A DNA stretch of 64,000 nt from positions 40,038 to 104,037 of the forward strand of contig JAJZQI010000009.1 in assembly GCA_021851875.1 (NCBI GenBank). Reading direction: 5' to 3'. The position numbers and the translations under genes are program-made. Origin of the DNA: Pseudomonadota bacterium (lineage in GTDB: Bacteria > Pseudomonadota > Gammaproteobacteria > Burkholderiales > JAJZQI01). This document shows, piece by piece, positions 1 to 8,772 of this stretch. The notes below the pieces were generated by a model, which saw nothing but the letters and a program-made list of their open reading frames with translations, ran no database searches and was not told the origin of the DNA. The first letter of the stretch is position 1; the number at the start of each line of letters is the position of its first letter.

Positions 1-49
1 GCCTGGCGGAAATTCTGCAGATTCGCGAGCGCTTTTCCGAGCCTTGAGT

Positions 50-1156
50 TTACTCTTCGCTCAGGGCGGCCAGTTGTTCCGCCTGGTGTTCCGACATGAG
101 CGCCTGGGTCAGCTCATCCAGATCGCCGTCCATGATGGCGTCGAGCTTGTACAGCGTCAGATTGATGCGGTGGTCGGTCATGCGTCCCTGCGGGAAATTG
201 TAGGTGCGGATACGTTCCGAGCGATCGCCGCTGCCGACCAGCGATTTGCGCGTGGCGGCCTCCTTCGCCTGCTGCTCGCGCAGTTCCTTGTCGCGGATGC
301 GCGCCACCAGCACCGCCATGGCCTGCGCCTTGTTCTTGTGCTGCGAACGGTCGTCCTGGCATTCCACCACCGTGCCGGTGGGGATATGGGTGATGCGCAC
401 GGCCGAATCGGTTTTGTTGATGTGCTGGCCGCCGGCGCCCGAGGCCCTGAAGGTGTCGATGCGCAGGTCGGCCGGATTGATGACGATGTCGCTCACCTCA
501 TCCGCTTCCGGCATGACGGCGACGGTGCAGGCCGAGGTGTGGATGCGGCCCTGCGACTCGGTGGCCGGCACGCGCTGCACGCGGTGGCCGCCGGACTCGA
601 ATTTGAGGCGCGAATAGGCGCCGTGGCCGATGAGACGGGCAATGATTTCCTTGTAGCCGCCCAGTTCGCTTTCGTTGGCCGACACCACTTCGACGCGCCA
701 GCCGTTGCGCTCGGCATAACGCGAGTACATGCGGAACAGGTCGCCGGCGAACAGGGCCGATTCGTCGCCGCCGGTGCCGGCGCGGATTTCCAGGAAAATG
801 TTGCGCTCGTCGTTGGGGTCTTTCGGCAGCAGCCGCTTCTGCAGTTCCGCTTCCAGCTCTGTCAGCCGTGCCTCGCCCTCGCTCATCTCCATTTCAGCCA
901 GTTCGCGCATTTCCGGGTCGGCCAGCATTTCCCTGGCGGTGGCAATGTCTGTTTGCTGTTGCCGCCAGGTCTGGTACAGGTGGGCCACCGGTTCCAGTTC
1001 GGCATGCTCGCGTGAGAGCTTGCGGTAGCTGTCCATGTTGTCGGTGGCATGTTCGGCCGACAGCAGGCGGCTGACTTCCTCGAGTCGGTCGCTCAGCTGC
1101 GCCAGTTTGTGTTGGATGGATGCTTTCAAAACGGTTCCGGGATTGCGGGCCGGCAT
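50..1156 (-). CDS. prfA: peptide chain release factor 1
   Basis: Minus ORF 50..1438. From about residue 95 it reads as RF1, with the PAT tripeptide ([17 protein letters not shown]) and the GGQ motif ([23 protein letters not shown]). The first 94 codons are an Arg/Pro-rich extension overlapping hemA, so the start is set at ATG 1156. TTG 1129 (MKASIQHKL...) is an alternative start. Confidence 0.9.
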   Translation of the reverse strand: MPARNPGTVLKASIQHKLAQLSDRLEEVSRLLSAEHATDNMDSYRKLSREHAELEPVAHLYQTWRQQQTDIATAREMLADPEMRELAEMEMSEGEARLTELEAELQKRLLPKDPNDERNIFLEIRAGTGGDESALFAGDLFRMYSRYAERNGWRVEVVSANESELGGYKEIIARLIGHGAYSRLKFESGGHRVQRVPATESQGRIHTSACTVAVMPEADEVSDIVINPADLRIDTFRASGAGGQHINKTDSAVRITHIPTGTVVECQDDRSQHKNKAQAMAVLVARIRDKELREQQAKEAATRKSLVGSGDRSERIRTYNFPQGRMTDHRINLTLYKLDAIMDGDLDELTQALMSEHQAEQLAALSEE

Positions 1157-1173
1157 TTGGGTGCGGCGCGTGG

Positions 1174-2436
1174 CTACTCCTGCGTCGGCAGGTTGTACAG
1201 ACGGTTGATGGTGTCGACCAGCGGGCTGCGCTCTTCTGCTGTCGCGCGATTGATCGCATCGGTCGGTGCGTGCAGCAGCTTGTTGGTCAATGCGTGGCTG
1301 AGAGCCTCGACCACTTGCTGCGGATCTTCGCCTTTGGCCAGCAATTTGAGCGCGCGTTCGACTTCGTGCCGGCGCTGGCGTTCGGCCTGGTCGCGCAAGG
1401 CGCGGATGGTCGGCACGAAATGGCGCGAGGCCATCCATTCCATGAAATTGACCACGCTGCTGTCGATGATGGCTTCCGCCTGGGCGACGGCCGTCTGGCG
1501 GCTGTCCAGACCTTCCCGCACAACGTGGGCCAGATCGTCGACGCTGTAGAGAAATACATCATCCAGCTCGGCCACCTCGGCCTCGATGTCGCGCGGCACG
1601 GCCAGATCGACCATGAACACCGGGCGGTGGCGGCGGGCGCGGATGGCGCGTTCCATCAAGCCTTTGCCCAGAATCGGCAGAGGGCTGGCGGTCGAGGTGA
1701 TGACGATATCCTGATCGGCCAGCACGTCGGGCAGCTCATTCAGGGTGACGGCCTGGCCGTTGTAGCGGCCGGCCAGCTGACGGGCGCGTTCAATCGTGCG
1801 GTTGGCCACGGTGATGCGGCGCGGATTCTGCGCGGCAAAATGGGTGGCGCACAGTTCGATCATTTCACCCGCGCCGATGAACAGCACGTTCTGCGCGGCG
1901 ATGCTGGGAAAAATACGGCCGGCCAGGCGCACCGCGGCGGCAGCCATGGACACCGAGCTGGCGCCGATGTCGGTGCTGCTGCGCACCGCCTTGGCGACCG
2001 AGAAGGTGCGCTGGAACAGCTTGTGCAGGTGCATGCCCAGCGTGCCGGCTTCTTCGGCGGCACGCACGGCCTGCTTGATTTGACCTAGAATCTGGGTTTC
2101 GCCCAGCACCATGGAATCCAGTCCGCTGGCCACCCGGAAGGCGTGCTTGACGGCCTGTTCCTGCGGCAGTTGGTACAGATAGGGGGCGATTTCGGGATGC
2201 TTGAGGTGGTGATACTGGGCCATCCATTCGACGGCCGTGGCGGGCTCGCTGGTGTGGCAATAAATTTCCGTGCGGTTGCAGGTCGACAGGATGGCCGCCT
2301 CGCGCACCGGGTGCTGGGTGGTCAGATCGTGCAGCGCCAGGCGCAGGCTTTCGGCGTGGAAAGCCACCCGTTCCCGGATGGTGACCGGGGCCGTCTGGTG
2401 GTTGATGCCGAAAACAAAAAGCTGGGTGCTCGTCAT
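1174..2436 (-). CDS. hemA: glutamyl-tRNA reductase
   Basis: ORF 1174..2442. Motifs [18 protein letters not shown] and CNRTEIY, plus a GAGEM dinucleotide-binding segment. The ORF opens at TTG 2442; the ATG two codons in (2436) is preferred. Sits in the conserved hemA-prfA arrangement. Confidence 0.9.
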   Translation of the reverse strand: MTSTQLFVFGINHQTAPVTIRERVAFHAESLRLALHDLTTQHPVREAAILSTCNRTEIYCHTSEPATAVEWMAQYHHLKHPEIAPYLYQLPQEQAVKHAFRVASGLDSMVLGETQILGQIKQAVRAAEEAGTLGMHLHKLFQRTFSVAKAVRSSTDIGASSVSMAAAAVRLAGRIFPSIAAQNVLFIGAGEMIELCATHFAAQNPRRITVANRTIERARQLAGRYNGQAVTLNELPDVLADQDIVITSTASPLPILGKGLMERAIRARRHRPVFMVDLAVPRDIEAEVAELDDVFLYSVDDLAHVVREGLDSRQTAVAQAEAIIDSSVVNFMEWMASRHFVPTIRALRDQAERQRRHEVERALKLLAKGEDPQQVVEALSHALTNKLLHAPTDAINRATAEERSPLVDTINRLYNLPTQE

Positions 2437-2508
2437 GCGCAAAAGCCAAACGCGTCATAAAACCGTATAATTTTACCCTAAAATCACCTGTCAAAGGAGG
2501 AGGATGTC

Positions 2509-3057
2509 ATGCGACTTGCAATTCTGTTGGTTTTGCTGCTTTCGGTTTCGCCGGCTCAGGCCGGTTCCATCTACCGCTGGGTGGATAAAAGCGGCAAGGT
2601 GCACGTGTCCGATCAGCCGCCGCCGTCTACAGCCCGGCAGGTCAACGAAATCGAAACCAGTACCCCGGTGGTGTCGGACGATCTGCCTTACGCCACCCGC
2701 CTGGCTGCCCAGCGTTTTCCGGTGACCTTGTATATGAACAGCTGTGGCGAGGTGTGCGGCAAGGCACGCTCATTCCTGATCAAGCGCGGCATCCCCTATA
2801 ACATGAAAAATCCCGAAGCCAGTCAGGCTATCAAGGATGAACTGAGGCAGCACGCCGGTTCGCTGCAAGTGCCCACCCTGCTGGTCGGCACGCATGTGGC
2901 CAAGGGCTTTAGCGAATCCGAGTGGGGCGATCTGCTCGACAGTGCGGGTTACCCGCGTTTTGCCGGCGCCAAGGCGCGCGATCTGGGGGCCGCCCCCGCC
3001 TCTGCGCCTGCCGCTTCTGCCGGCGCTGCGGCCAACAAACCGGCGGAAGGGTTTTAA
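2509..3057 (+). CDS. periplasmic DUF4124 / glutaredoxin-like fold protein
   Basis: AGGAGGAGGA lies upstream of the ATG. Signal peptide ends at SPAQA. DUF4124-type N-terminus IYRWVDKSGKVHVSDQPP is followed by VTLYMNSCGEVCGKARSFLIKRGIPY. Confidence 0.7.
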   Translation: MRLAILLVLLLSVSPAQAGSIYRWVDKSGKVHVSDQPPPSTARQVNEIETSTPVVSDDLPYATRLAAQRFPVTLYMNSCGEVCGKARSFLIKRGIPYNMKNPEASQAIKDELRQHAGSLQVPTLLVGTHVAKGFSESEWGDLLDSAGYPRFAGAKARDLGAAPASAPAASAGAAANKPAEGF

Positions 3058-3824
3058 TGAAGCTGGCTACCTGGAACGTTAATTCTCTGAAAGTACGCCT
3101 GCCGCACGTGCTCGACTGGCTGCAAAGCGCCGCTCCTGACGTGCTGTGCTTGCAGGAAACCAAGATGGAGGATGCGGTCTTTCCGGCGGCGGCCTTGCAG
3201 GAAGCCGGTTACCAGGTCGCATTCAGCGGGCAGAAAACCTACAACGGCGTGGCGATTCTGTCGCGCCAGCCGATGACAGATGTCATAACCGCCTTGCCCG
3301 GACTGCAGGATGAACAAAAGCGCTTGCTGGCCGCCACCATCGATGGCGTGCGGGTGGTATGTGTCTACATTCCCAACGGCCAGAGTCTCGATTCGGAAAA
3401 ATATCCCTATAAGCTGTCCTGGCTGGCCGCCCTGACCGATTTTTTGCGCGCCGAGATGGCCCAATATCCCCGCCTGGCCCTGTTGGGCGACTACAACATC
3501 GCCCCGGCAGACAGCGACGTGCATGACCCGGCTGCCTGGGTCGGGCAGGTGCTGGTGAGCGAGCCTGAGCGGGCCGCCTTTACGGGTTTGCTGGCACTGG
3601 GATTGAAGGATGCTTTTCGGCTGTTTGAACAGGAAGACAAGGCGTTTTCCTGGTGGGACTACCGCATGAACGCTTTCCGCCGCAACATGGGTTTGCGGAT
3701 TGACCACATTCTCTTGTCCGAAACATTGGCGGCCGGTTGCACGGTCTGCGCGATCGATAAGGCGCCACGCAAACTGGAACGCCCGTCCGACCATACGCCG
3801 GTGTGGGCGGAAATCAAGGACTGA
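3057..3824 (+). CDS. xthA: exodeoxyribonuclease III (AP endonuclease)
   Basis: Motifs MKLATWNVNSLKVRLPHV, LRIDHILLS and SDHTPVWAEI. ATG 3057 overlaps the previous stop (TAATG). The first 45 codons of ORF 2922..3824 lie inside the preceding gene. Confidence 0.9.
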   Translation: MKLATWNVNSLKVRLPHVLDWLQSAAPDVLCLQETKMEDAVFPAAALQEAGYQVAFSGQKTYNGVAILSRQPMTDVITALPGLQDEQKRLLAATIDGVRVVCVYIPNGQSLDSEKYPYKLSWLAALTDFLRAEMAQYPRLALLGDYNIAPADSDVHDPAAWVGQVLVSEPERAAFTGLLALGLKDAFRLFEQEDKAFSWWDYRMNAFRRNMGLRIDHILLSETLAAGCTVCAIDKAPRKLERPSDHTPVWAEIKD

Positions 3825-3832
3825 GAGAAAAG

Positions 3833-3907
3833 GCAGGACTGAGGTGGAAGGACTGGGGGCTGAGTGAAAAACCGCTTGACCCGGTTTGGCGCGCGGTGAA
3901 ATTTTTA
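3833..3907. repeat. conserved core of intergenic heptamer element (copy A)
   Basis: Degenerate inverted heptamers AGGACTG AGGTGGA AGGACTG GGGGCTG, then a spacer with an AAACCG-N7-CGGTTT hairpin, a TTGACC hexamer and a T5 run. About 80-85% identical by eye to 62051..62127. Confidence 0.8.
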
Positions 3908-3987
3908 CACTCCCCACTCCCCACTCCCCACTCCCCACTCCTCACTCCTCACTCCTCACTCCTCACTCCTCACTCCTCACTCCTCAC
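3908..3987. repeat. heptanucleotide tandem array, 4x CACTCCC + 7x CACTCCT
   Basis: Perfect period 7 read directly from the sequence. The final TCA (3984-3986) is the TGA stop of the minus-strand gene 3984..5174. Confidence 0.95.
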
Positions 3988-5174
3988 AACAGCAACAAAC
4001 GGTAGCCTGTCGGTTGGATCGAGCCGGTGCTGATATAGAGTTCGAGCGGCGTTTCGCTGTGCGCGGCAAAGCCGCTCGCCGGACTCCTTGCCGGCGGCAG
4101 GTAGTTCGACGGTTTCAGCTGGCGCCGGGCAACCGGCTGGTCGTCGCTGTCCGTAAAAGTCACCTCAATCATCGGCCAGGCTTGCGGCATGCCTGACTGA
4201 TTGCGCAGTACCATGGTCAGCAGAATGATGTCCGGCCGCTGCGGCAGCGCCTGCAGTTCCGACGCAGTGATATCCAGAGCCGACAGATCGTGCGGCAGCG
4301 GCAGGGTGCAGCGCAGCTGGCGGCAGGCCGCCTGTAAATACGGCTGGCTGGCTGGGTAGCCGGCAGCGATCTGGCTGCGGAATTCGTAAACGGCCTGTCC
4401 CGCCAGGCAAAGCAGCAGGACAAGGTTGGCCAGCACCCAGCGGCCGGTGTGGCGCTTGCGCAAGGGTATCGGGTGGTGAATATAGCTGCCGGTAAAAGCG
4501 GGTGATGCCTCCGATTCATCGGGCAGCAGCCCGTCGGCAGGCATTTTTTCATTCTTTGCGCTGCTCTGCAGCCCGGCGCTTGCGCCGCCTTCGGGCGGCG
4601 CGGCCGCCGTTTCCTCGCCCGGCACGGTAACGCCGGGAACGTTCGGCGTGGGTGGAGGGGCGAGATCGATATCGATGGGCTGTTCGGCCATGATGTCATC
4701 GAACTCATCCACTACTGCGCCATGCTGTTCCAGTTCGGGAATTTCATTTTCCGGCAGGGGCTCGGCGGATACGGATTGGGGCGGTTGGGCTGCCTCGCCT
4801 GGCGCGGACGGCTCCTGCTCCGTTGGCGGCAGGATGACGATGGTGGTCTCGGTTGTGAGCGGGACGCCCGCCGCGGGGGCGCCGACGGTGACTTCTTCGC
4901 TGCCTGCCAGCGCGTCATAGAAGGTGATCTCGATTTCTTCCGGCTCCGCCGCCGGTCTTGCCGCCTTAGGCGTTTCGTTCAGGGGCGGCGTGACATCAAG
5001 CAGGAATTCATCCGGAATGGTGGTATCGATCTGCTCCTGTGCCAGCGCGTCGAAGGCATTGAAGATCCGCAGGCAATGGCCGCAGCGAACCTCGCCCTGG
5101 CGCGCATTCAACTGTTCCGCCGTGACGCGGAAGGTTGTCTGGCAATGGGGGCAGGTCGTTACCATGCTGCTCAT
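3984..5174 (-). CDS. zinc-ribbon (MJ0042-type) / DUF3426-like membrane protein
   Basis: Start MSSMVTTCPHCQTTFRV...VRCGHCLRIF forms a zinc ribbon, followed by a Pro/Glu-rich linker and one TM segment (WVLANLVLLLCLAGQAV). The 25 codons upstream in the ORF overlap the prmA end. Position downstream of prmA is typical. Confidence 0.7.
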   Translation of the reverse strand: MSSMVTTCPHCQTTFRVTAEQLNARQGEVRCGHCLRIFNAFDALAQEQIDTTIPDEFLLDVTPPLNETPKAARPAAEPEEIEITFYDALAGSEEVTVGAPAAGVPLTTETTIVILPPTEQEPSAPGEAAQPPQSVSAEPLPENEIPELEQHGAVVDEFDDIMAEQPIDIDLAPPPTPNVPGVTVPGEETAAAPPEGGASAGLQSSAKNEKMPADGLLPDESEASPAFTGSYIHHPIPLRKRHTGRWVLANLVLLLCLAGQAVYEFRSQIAAGYPASQPYLQAACRQLRCTLPLPHDLSALDITASELQALPQRPDIILLTMVLRNQSGMPQAWPMIEVTFTDSDDQPVARRQLKPSNYLPPARSPASGFAAHSETPLELYISTGSIQPTGYRLLLL

Positions 5175-5184
5175 GGGGGTATCC

Positions 5185-6096
5185 TTACGCCGTTGAGCGC
5201 CGCGTGCCGCTGAGCCGCACCCAGCCGTCCAGCCGTTCCGGCGGGGCAAAGTCGATGGCCGCGCCGTAAAGGGCGATGATTTCGTCGGCCTGGCTGTCCA
5301 GAATACCGGACAGAACCAGTTTTCCGCCCGGACGCACCCGGTTGATCAGCAGCGGGGCCAGCGCCTTGAGCGGGTTGGTGAGGATGTTGGCGACGACAAT
5401 GTCGAATTCACCGGGGGGCATGGCATCCGGCAGGCCGAATTCGGCGGCGGTGACGTGATTTTGCGCCGCATTGTCGCGGCTGGCCTGGACCGCTTGGGGA
5501 TCAATGTCGATACCGATCACACGCGCCGCCCCCAGTCGGGCGGCGGTGATGGCCAGAATGCCGGAGCCGCAGCCGTAATCCAGCAGGTTTTCGCCGCCCT
5601 TGATGGATTCGTCCAGCCATTGCAGGCACAGACGCGTGGTGGGGTGGCTGCCGGTGCCGAAGGCGAGTCCAGGGTCAAGAATGAGCGTGATGGCGTCAGG
5701 ATCGGGGCTGTCGTGCCAGCTGGGCACGATCCACAGGCGTGCGGAAATGCGGATCGGCTCGAACTGGGATTGGGTCAGCCGCACCCAGTCCTGTTCGGCG
5801 ACCGGGTCGATGCGGTAAGGGGGCAACTGGCTGAGTCCGGCCTGCTGCTGCAACTGTTGCAAAATGGCCGGTATATCGGCATCCGCGTCGAACAGGGCGG
5901 TCAGCCGGTTGTGCAGCCAGTATTGCGGGTCGCCGTCCTGCAGCATGCCGGGCTCGCCGAAGATCGGCTGTTCCGACTCGGTTCCGGCATCGGCGTCTTC
6001 CACGCTGGCAGACAGCGCGCCCAGATCCATCAGCAGGTCGGCAAGCTCTTCCGCGCGGCTTGCTTCGACCGGCAGATTGAGTGCTTGCCAAGCCAT
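5185..6096 (-). CDS. prmA: ribosomal protein L11 methyltransferase
   Basis: SAM-binding motif LLDYGCGSGILAI, with GTGSHPTTRLCL upstream of it. Follows accC as in many proteobacteria. Confidence 0.9.
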   Translation of the reverse strand: MAWQALNLPVEASRAEELADLLMDLGALSASVEDADAGTESEQPIFGEPGMLQDGDPQYWLHNRLTALFDADADIPAILQQLQQQAGLSQLPPYRIDPVAEQDWVRLTQSQFEPIRISARLWIVPSWHDSPDPDAITLILDPGLAFGTGSHPTTRLCLQWLDESIKGGENLLDYGCGSGILAITAARLGAARVIGIDIDPQAVQASRDNAAQNHVTAAEFGLPDAMPPGEFDIVVANILTNPLKALAPLLINRVRPGGKLVLSGILDSQADEIIALYGAAIDFAPPERLDGWVRLSGTRRSTA

Positions 6097-6101
6097 GCCG
6101 G

Positions 6102-7454
6102 TCAGTCTTTCTTCGCCTGTGCCAGCTTGTGTTCCAGGTAATGGATGCTGGTGCCGCCGGCAATGAAGGCGGCATCGTTCATCAGGTCCTGGTGCAGACG
6201 CAGGTTGGTGGAAATGCCGTCGACAATCATCTCGGACAGGGCGATGCGCATCTTGGCGATGGCCTGCTCGCGCGTTTTGCCGTGCACGATGATCTTGCCG
6301 ATCATGGAGTCGTAATGCGGCGGCACGAAGTAGTTGGCATACACATGCGAGTCCACGCGCACGCCGGGGCCGCCCGGGCTATGGTAGGAGGTGATGCGGC
6401 CGGGCGACGGTACGAAGGTGTACGGGTCTTCGGCGTTGACGCGGCATTCGATGGCGTGGCCGTTGAGCACGACGTCTTTCTGTCGAACCAGCATTTTCTG
6501 GCCGGCGGCGATGCGGATCTGCTCCTGCACGATGTCGATGCCGGTGATCATTTCGGTGACCGGATGCTCCACCTGCACGCGGGTGTTCATCTCGATGAAG
6601 TAGAACTCGTTGTTCTCATACAGGAACTCGAATGTGCCGGCGCCGCGATAGCCGATCTTGCGGCAGGCTTCGGCACAGCGTTCGCCGATTTTGTTGCGTA
6701 CTTTCGGGTCGAGGCCGGGCGCCGGCGCTTCTTCCAGCACTTTCTGGTGGCGCCGCTGCATGGAACAGTCGCGTTCGCCCAGAAAAATGGCGTTGCCGTG
6801 TTCGTCCGCCAGTATCTGGATTTCGATGTGACGCGGGTTCTCGAGGAACTTTTCCATGTACACCGTGGGGTTGCCGAAAGCGCTTTGCGCTTCCGTCTGG
6901 GTCATGGTCACGGCATTGAGCAGGGCTGCTTCGGTGTGCACCACGCGCATGCCGCGCCCGCCACCGCCACCGGCCGCCTTGATGATGACCGGGAAGCCGA
7001 TCTTGCGGGCGATGCGCAGGATTTCCTGCGGATCTTCCGGCAGGGCGCCGTCGGAACCGGGTACGCAGGGCACGCCGGCGGCTTTCATGGCGTCCTTGGC
7101 GGAGACCTTGTCGCCCATCAGGCGAATGGTGTCGGCGCGCGGGCCGATAAAGACAAAGCCGGACTGTTCCACGCGTTCGGCAAAGTCGGCGTTTTCCGAC
7201 AGGAAGCCGTAACCGGGGTGGATTGCCTCGGCGTCGGTCACTTCCGCCGCGCTGATAATGGCCGGAACGTTCAGATAGCTCAGGCTCGACGGAGCCGGGC
7301 CGATACACACGGATTCGTCGGCCAGCTTGACGTATTTGGCCTCGCGATCCGCTTCGGAATGCACCGCGACGGTTTTGATGCCCAGCTCGCGGCAGGCGCG
7401 CTGAATGCGCAGGGCGATTTCGCCGCGGTTGGCGATGAGAATCTTTTCAAACAT
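6102..7454 (-). CDS. accC: acetyl-CoA carboxylase biotin carboxylase subunit
   Basis: [17 protein letters not shown], an ATP-grasp core and [14 protein letters not shown]. Start is ATG 7454, with GGAGA 6 nt upstream. The six upstream codons of the ORF belong to the repeat unit. Confidence 0.93.
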   Translation of the reverse strand: MFEKILIANRGEIALRIQRACRELGIKTVAVHSEADREAKYVKLADESVCIGPAPSSLSYLNVPAIISAAEVTDAEAIHPGYGFLSENADFAERVEQSGFVFIGPRADTIRLMGDKVSAKDAMKAAGVPCVPGSDGALPEDPQEILRIARKIGFPVIIKAAGGGGGRGMRVVHTEAALLNAVTMTQTEAQSAFGNPTVYMEKFLENPRHIEIQILADEHGNAIFLGERDCSMQRRHQKVLEEAPAPGLDPKVRNKIGERCAEACRKIGYRGAGTFEFLYENNEFYFIEMNTRVQVEHPVTEMITGIDIVQEQIRIAAGQKMLVRQKDVVLNGHAIECRVNAEDPYTFVPSPGRITSYHSPGGPGVRVDSHVYANYFVPPHYDSMIGKIIVHGKTREQAIAKMRIALSEMIVDGISTNLRLHQDLMNDAAFIAGGTSIHYLEHKLAQAKKD

Positions 7455-7696
7455 GGGTGGTCTCCGCGGCAAAATCTCCCGGACGGCTTGCAGCCGTCAG
7501 GCGATTTGGCTTCGCCGCTGCGCTGCCGTGGGGCAGCTGGTCACCGCGGTTGGCGATGAGAATTTTTTCAAACATTGTCGGTCTCCGCGGCAAAATCGCC
7601 CAAACGGCCTTCAGCCGTCAGGCGATTTGGCTTCGCCGCTGCGCTGCCATACGGCAGCTGGTCGCCGCGGTTGGCGCTAAGAATTTTTTCAAACAT
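7419..7696. repeat. 121-bp tandem repeat duplicating the accC 5' end (2 full units + 35-nt partial)
   Basis: Minus-strand ATGTTTGAAAA starts at 7454, 7575 and 7696, an exact 121-nt period. The units differ by a few substitutions. Each contains the hairpin GACGGCT-TGC-AGCCGTC or a near copy of it. Confidence 0.9.
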
Positions 7697-7711
7697 GCTT
7701 TGGGTTCCCGC

Positions 7712-8170
7712 TTAGCCAATTACAAACAGCGGTTCGCCATATTCGACAGGTTGGCCGTTCTCAACCAGAATGGCCTTGATGGTGCCGCCCTGGTCCGCTT
7801 CGATTTCGTTCAGCAGCTTCATGGCTTCGATAATACACAGCGTGTCGCCGGAATTGACGGTCTGGCCGACTTCGACGAAGGCCTTGGCGCCCGGGGACGG
7901 AGCGCGGTAGAAGGTGCCGACCATCGGCGAGCGCACGACGTGCCCTTCCGGAATGGCGGAACCGGCATCGGCGGCCGGCGCTGCAGCAGGTGCGGCCGCC
8001 GCTGTGGGGGCCGCAGCCATGACCGGCGGCGGAGCGTAGGCGATCGGCGCGGCAATCGGCGCCATGGCGCGGGTGATGCGCACTTTTTCTTCGCCCTCGG
8101 TGATTTCCAGTTCGGCAATGCCGGAGTCTTCCACCAGATCGATCAGTTTTTTCAGTTTACGCAGGTCCAT
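7712..8170 (-). CDS. accB: acetyl-CoA carboxylase biotin carboxyl carrier protein
   Basis: Ala/Pro-rich linker and the biotinylation motif [11 protein letters not shown] near the C-terminus. Confidence 0.93.
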   Translation of the reverse strand: MDLRKLKKLIDLVEDSGIAELEITEGEEKVRITRAMAPIAAPIAYAPPPVMAAAPTAAAAPAAAPAADAGSAIPEGHVVRSPMVGTFYRAPSPGAKAFVEVGQTVNSGDTLCIIEAMKLLNEIEADQGGTIKAILVENGQPVEYGEPLFVIG

Positions 8171-8182
8171 GCGAACAAGTCC

Positions 8183-8650
8183 TTATGGTTTATGTGCAAG
8201 CGCTCTGAGCGCATACTCCAGAGCCAATTCGTAGCTCTGGGCGCCCAGTCCCGACACAACCCCGACCGCCAGGTCGGAGAAATAGGAGTGGCGCCGAAAC
8301 GCCTCCCGGGCATGCACGTTGGATAAATGCACTTCAATAAAAGGCACGGCGACGGCCGCCAGCGCGTCGCGCAAGGCAATGCTGGTGTGGGTGAAGGCGG
8401 CCGGGTTGAAAACAATGAAGTCGACGCCGGCGGTCGGAGCGCTGTGAACGCGCTCGATCAGCAGGTGTTCGGCATTGCTTTGAAACGTTTCGAGCAAAAC
8501 ATTTTCGCTTGCGGCACGGGCTTGCAGACGCTGGTTGATGGTTTCCAGCGTATCCCGGCCGTAATGGGCGGGTTCACGGCTGCCCAGCAGATTCAGGTTG
8601 GGGCCGTGCAATACCCAGACAAGCGCTTGTTTGGAGGTGCGATTTGACAC
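8183..8650 (-). CDS. aroQ: type II 3-dehydroquinate dehydratase
   Basis: Motifs [19 protein letters not shown] and [21 protein letters not shown] start. Confidence 0.9.
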   Translation of the reverse strand: MSNRTSKQALVWVLHGPNLNLLGSREPAHYGRDTLETINQRLQARAASENVLLETFQSNAEHLLIERVHSAPTAGVDFIVFNPAAFTHTSIALRDALAAVAVPFIEVHLSNVHAREAFRRHSYFSDLAVGVVSGLGAQSYELALEYALRALAHKP

Positions 8651-8772
8651 GCGGATTTCCGTTTTTCAGCGCTTTTTGAGCGCTGTTCGGTAGTTTTAAT
8701 TGCCGCCAAGTTTGCCGCAATTCACTGCCATTTGTCCAGAAATTTCTGACATTTGACGGCAAATTGTTCGGC

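Noticed and set aside
50-1438. Long N-terminal extensions on many longest-ORF calls (prfA, xthA, DUF3426 gene, hemD, hemX, xfp, msrQ, cyaY, ntrB and others)
   Set aside because: The extensions overlap the neighbouring gene, are Arg/Pro/Gly-rich, and precede internal starts that match the conserved N-termini of the families and often have an RBS or an ATGA/TAATG coupling. Starts were therefore trimmed.
7419-7696. Whether any of the tandem repeats (121 bp, 93 bp, heptamers) could be a CRISPR array
   Set aside because: The units are directly abutting with no unique spacers. The periods are 7, 93 and 121 bp. Two of the repeats lie inside or overlap coding sequence, and there are no cas genes in the window.
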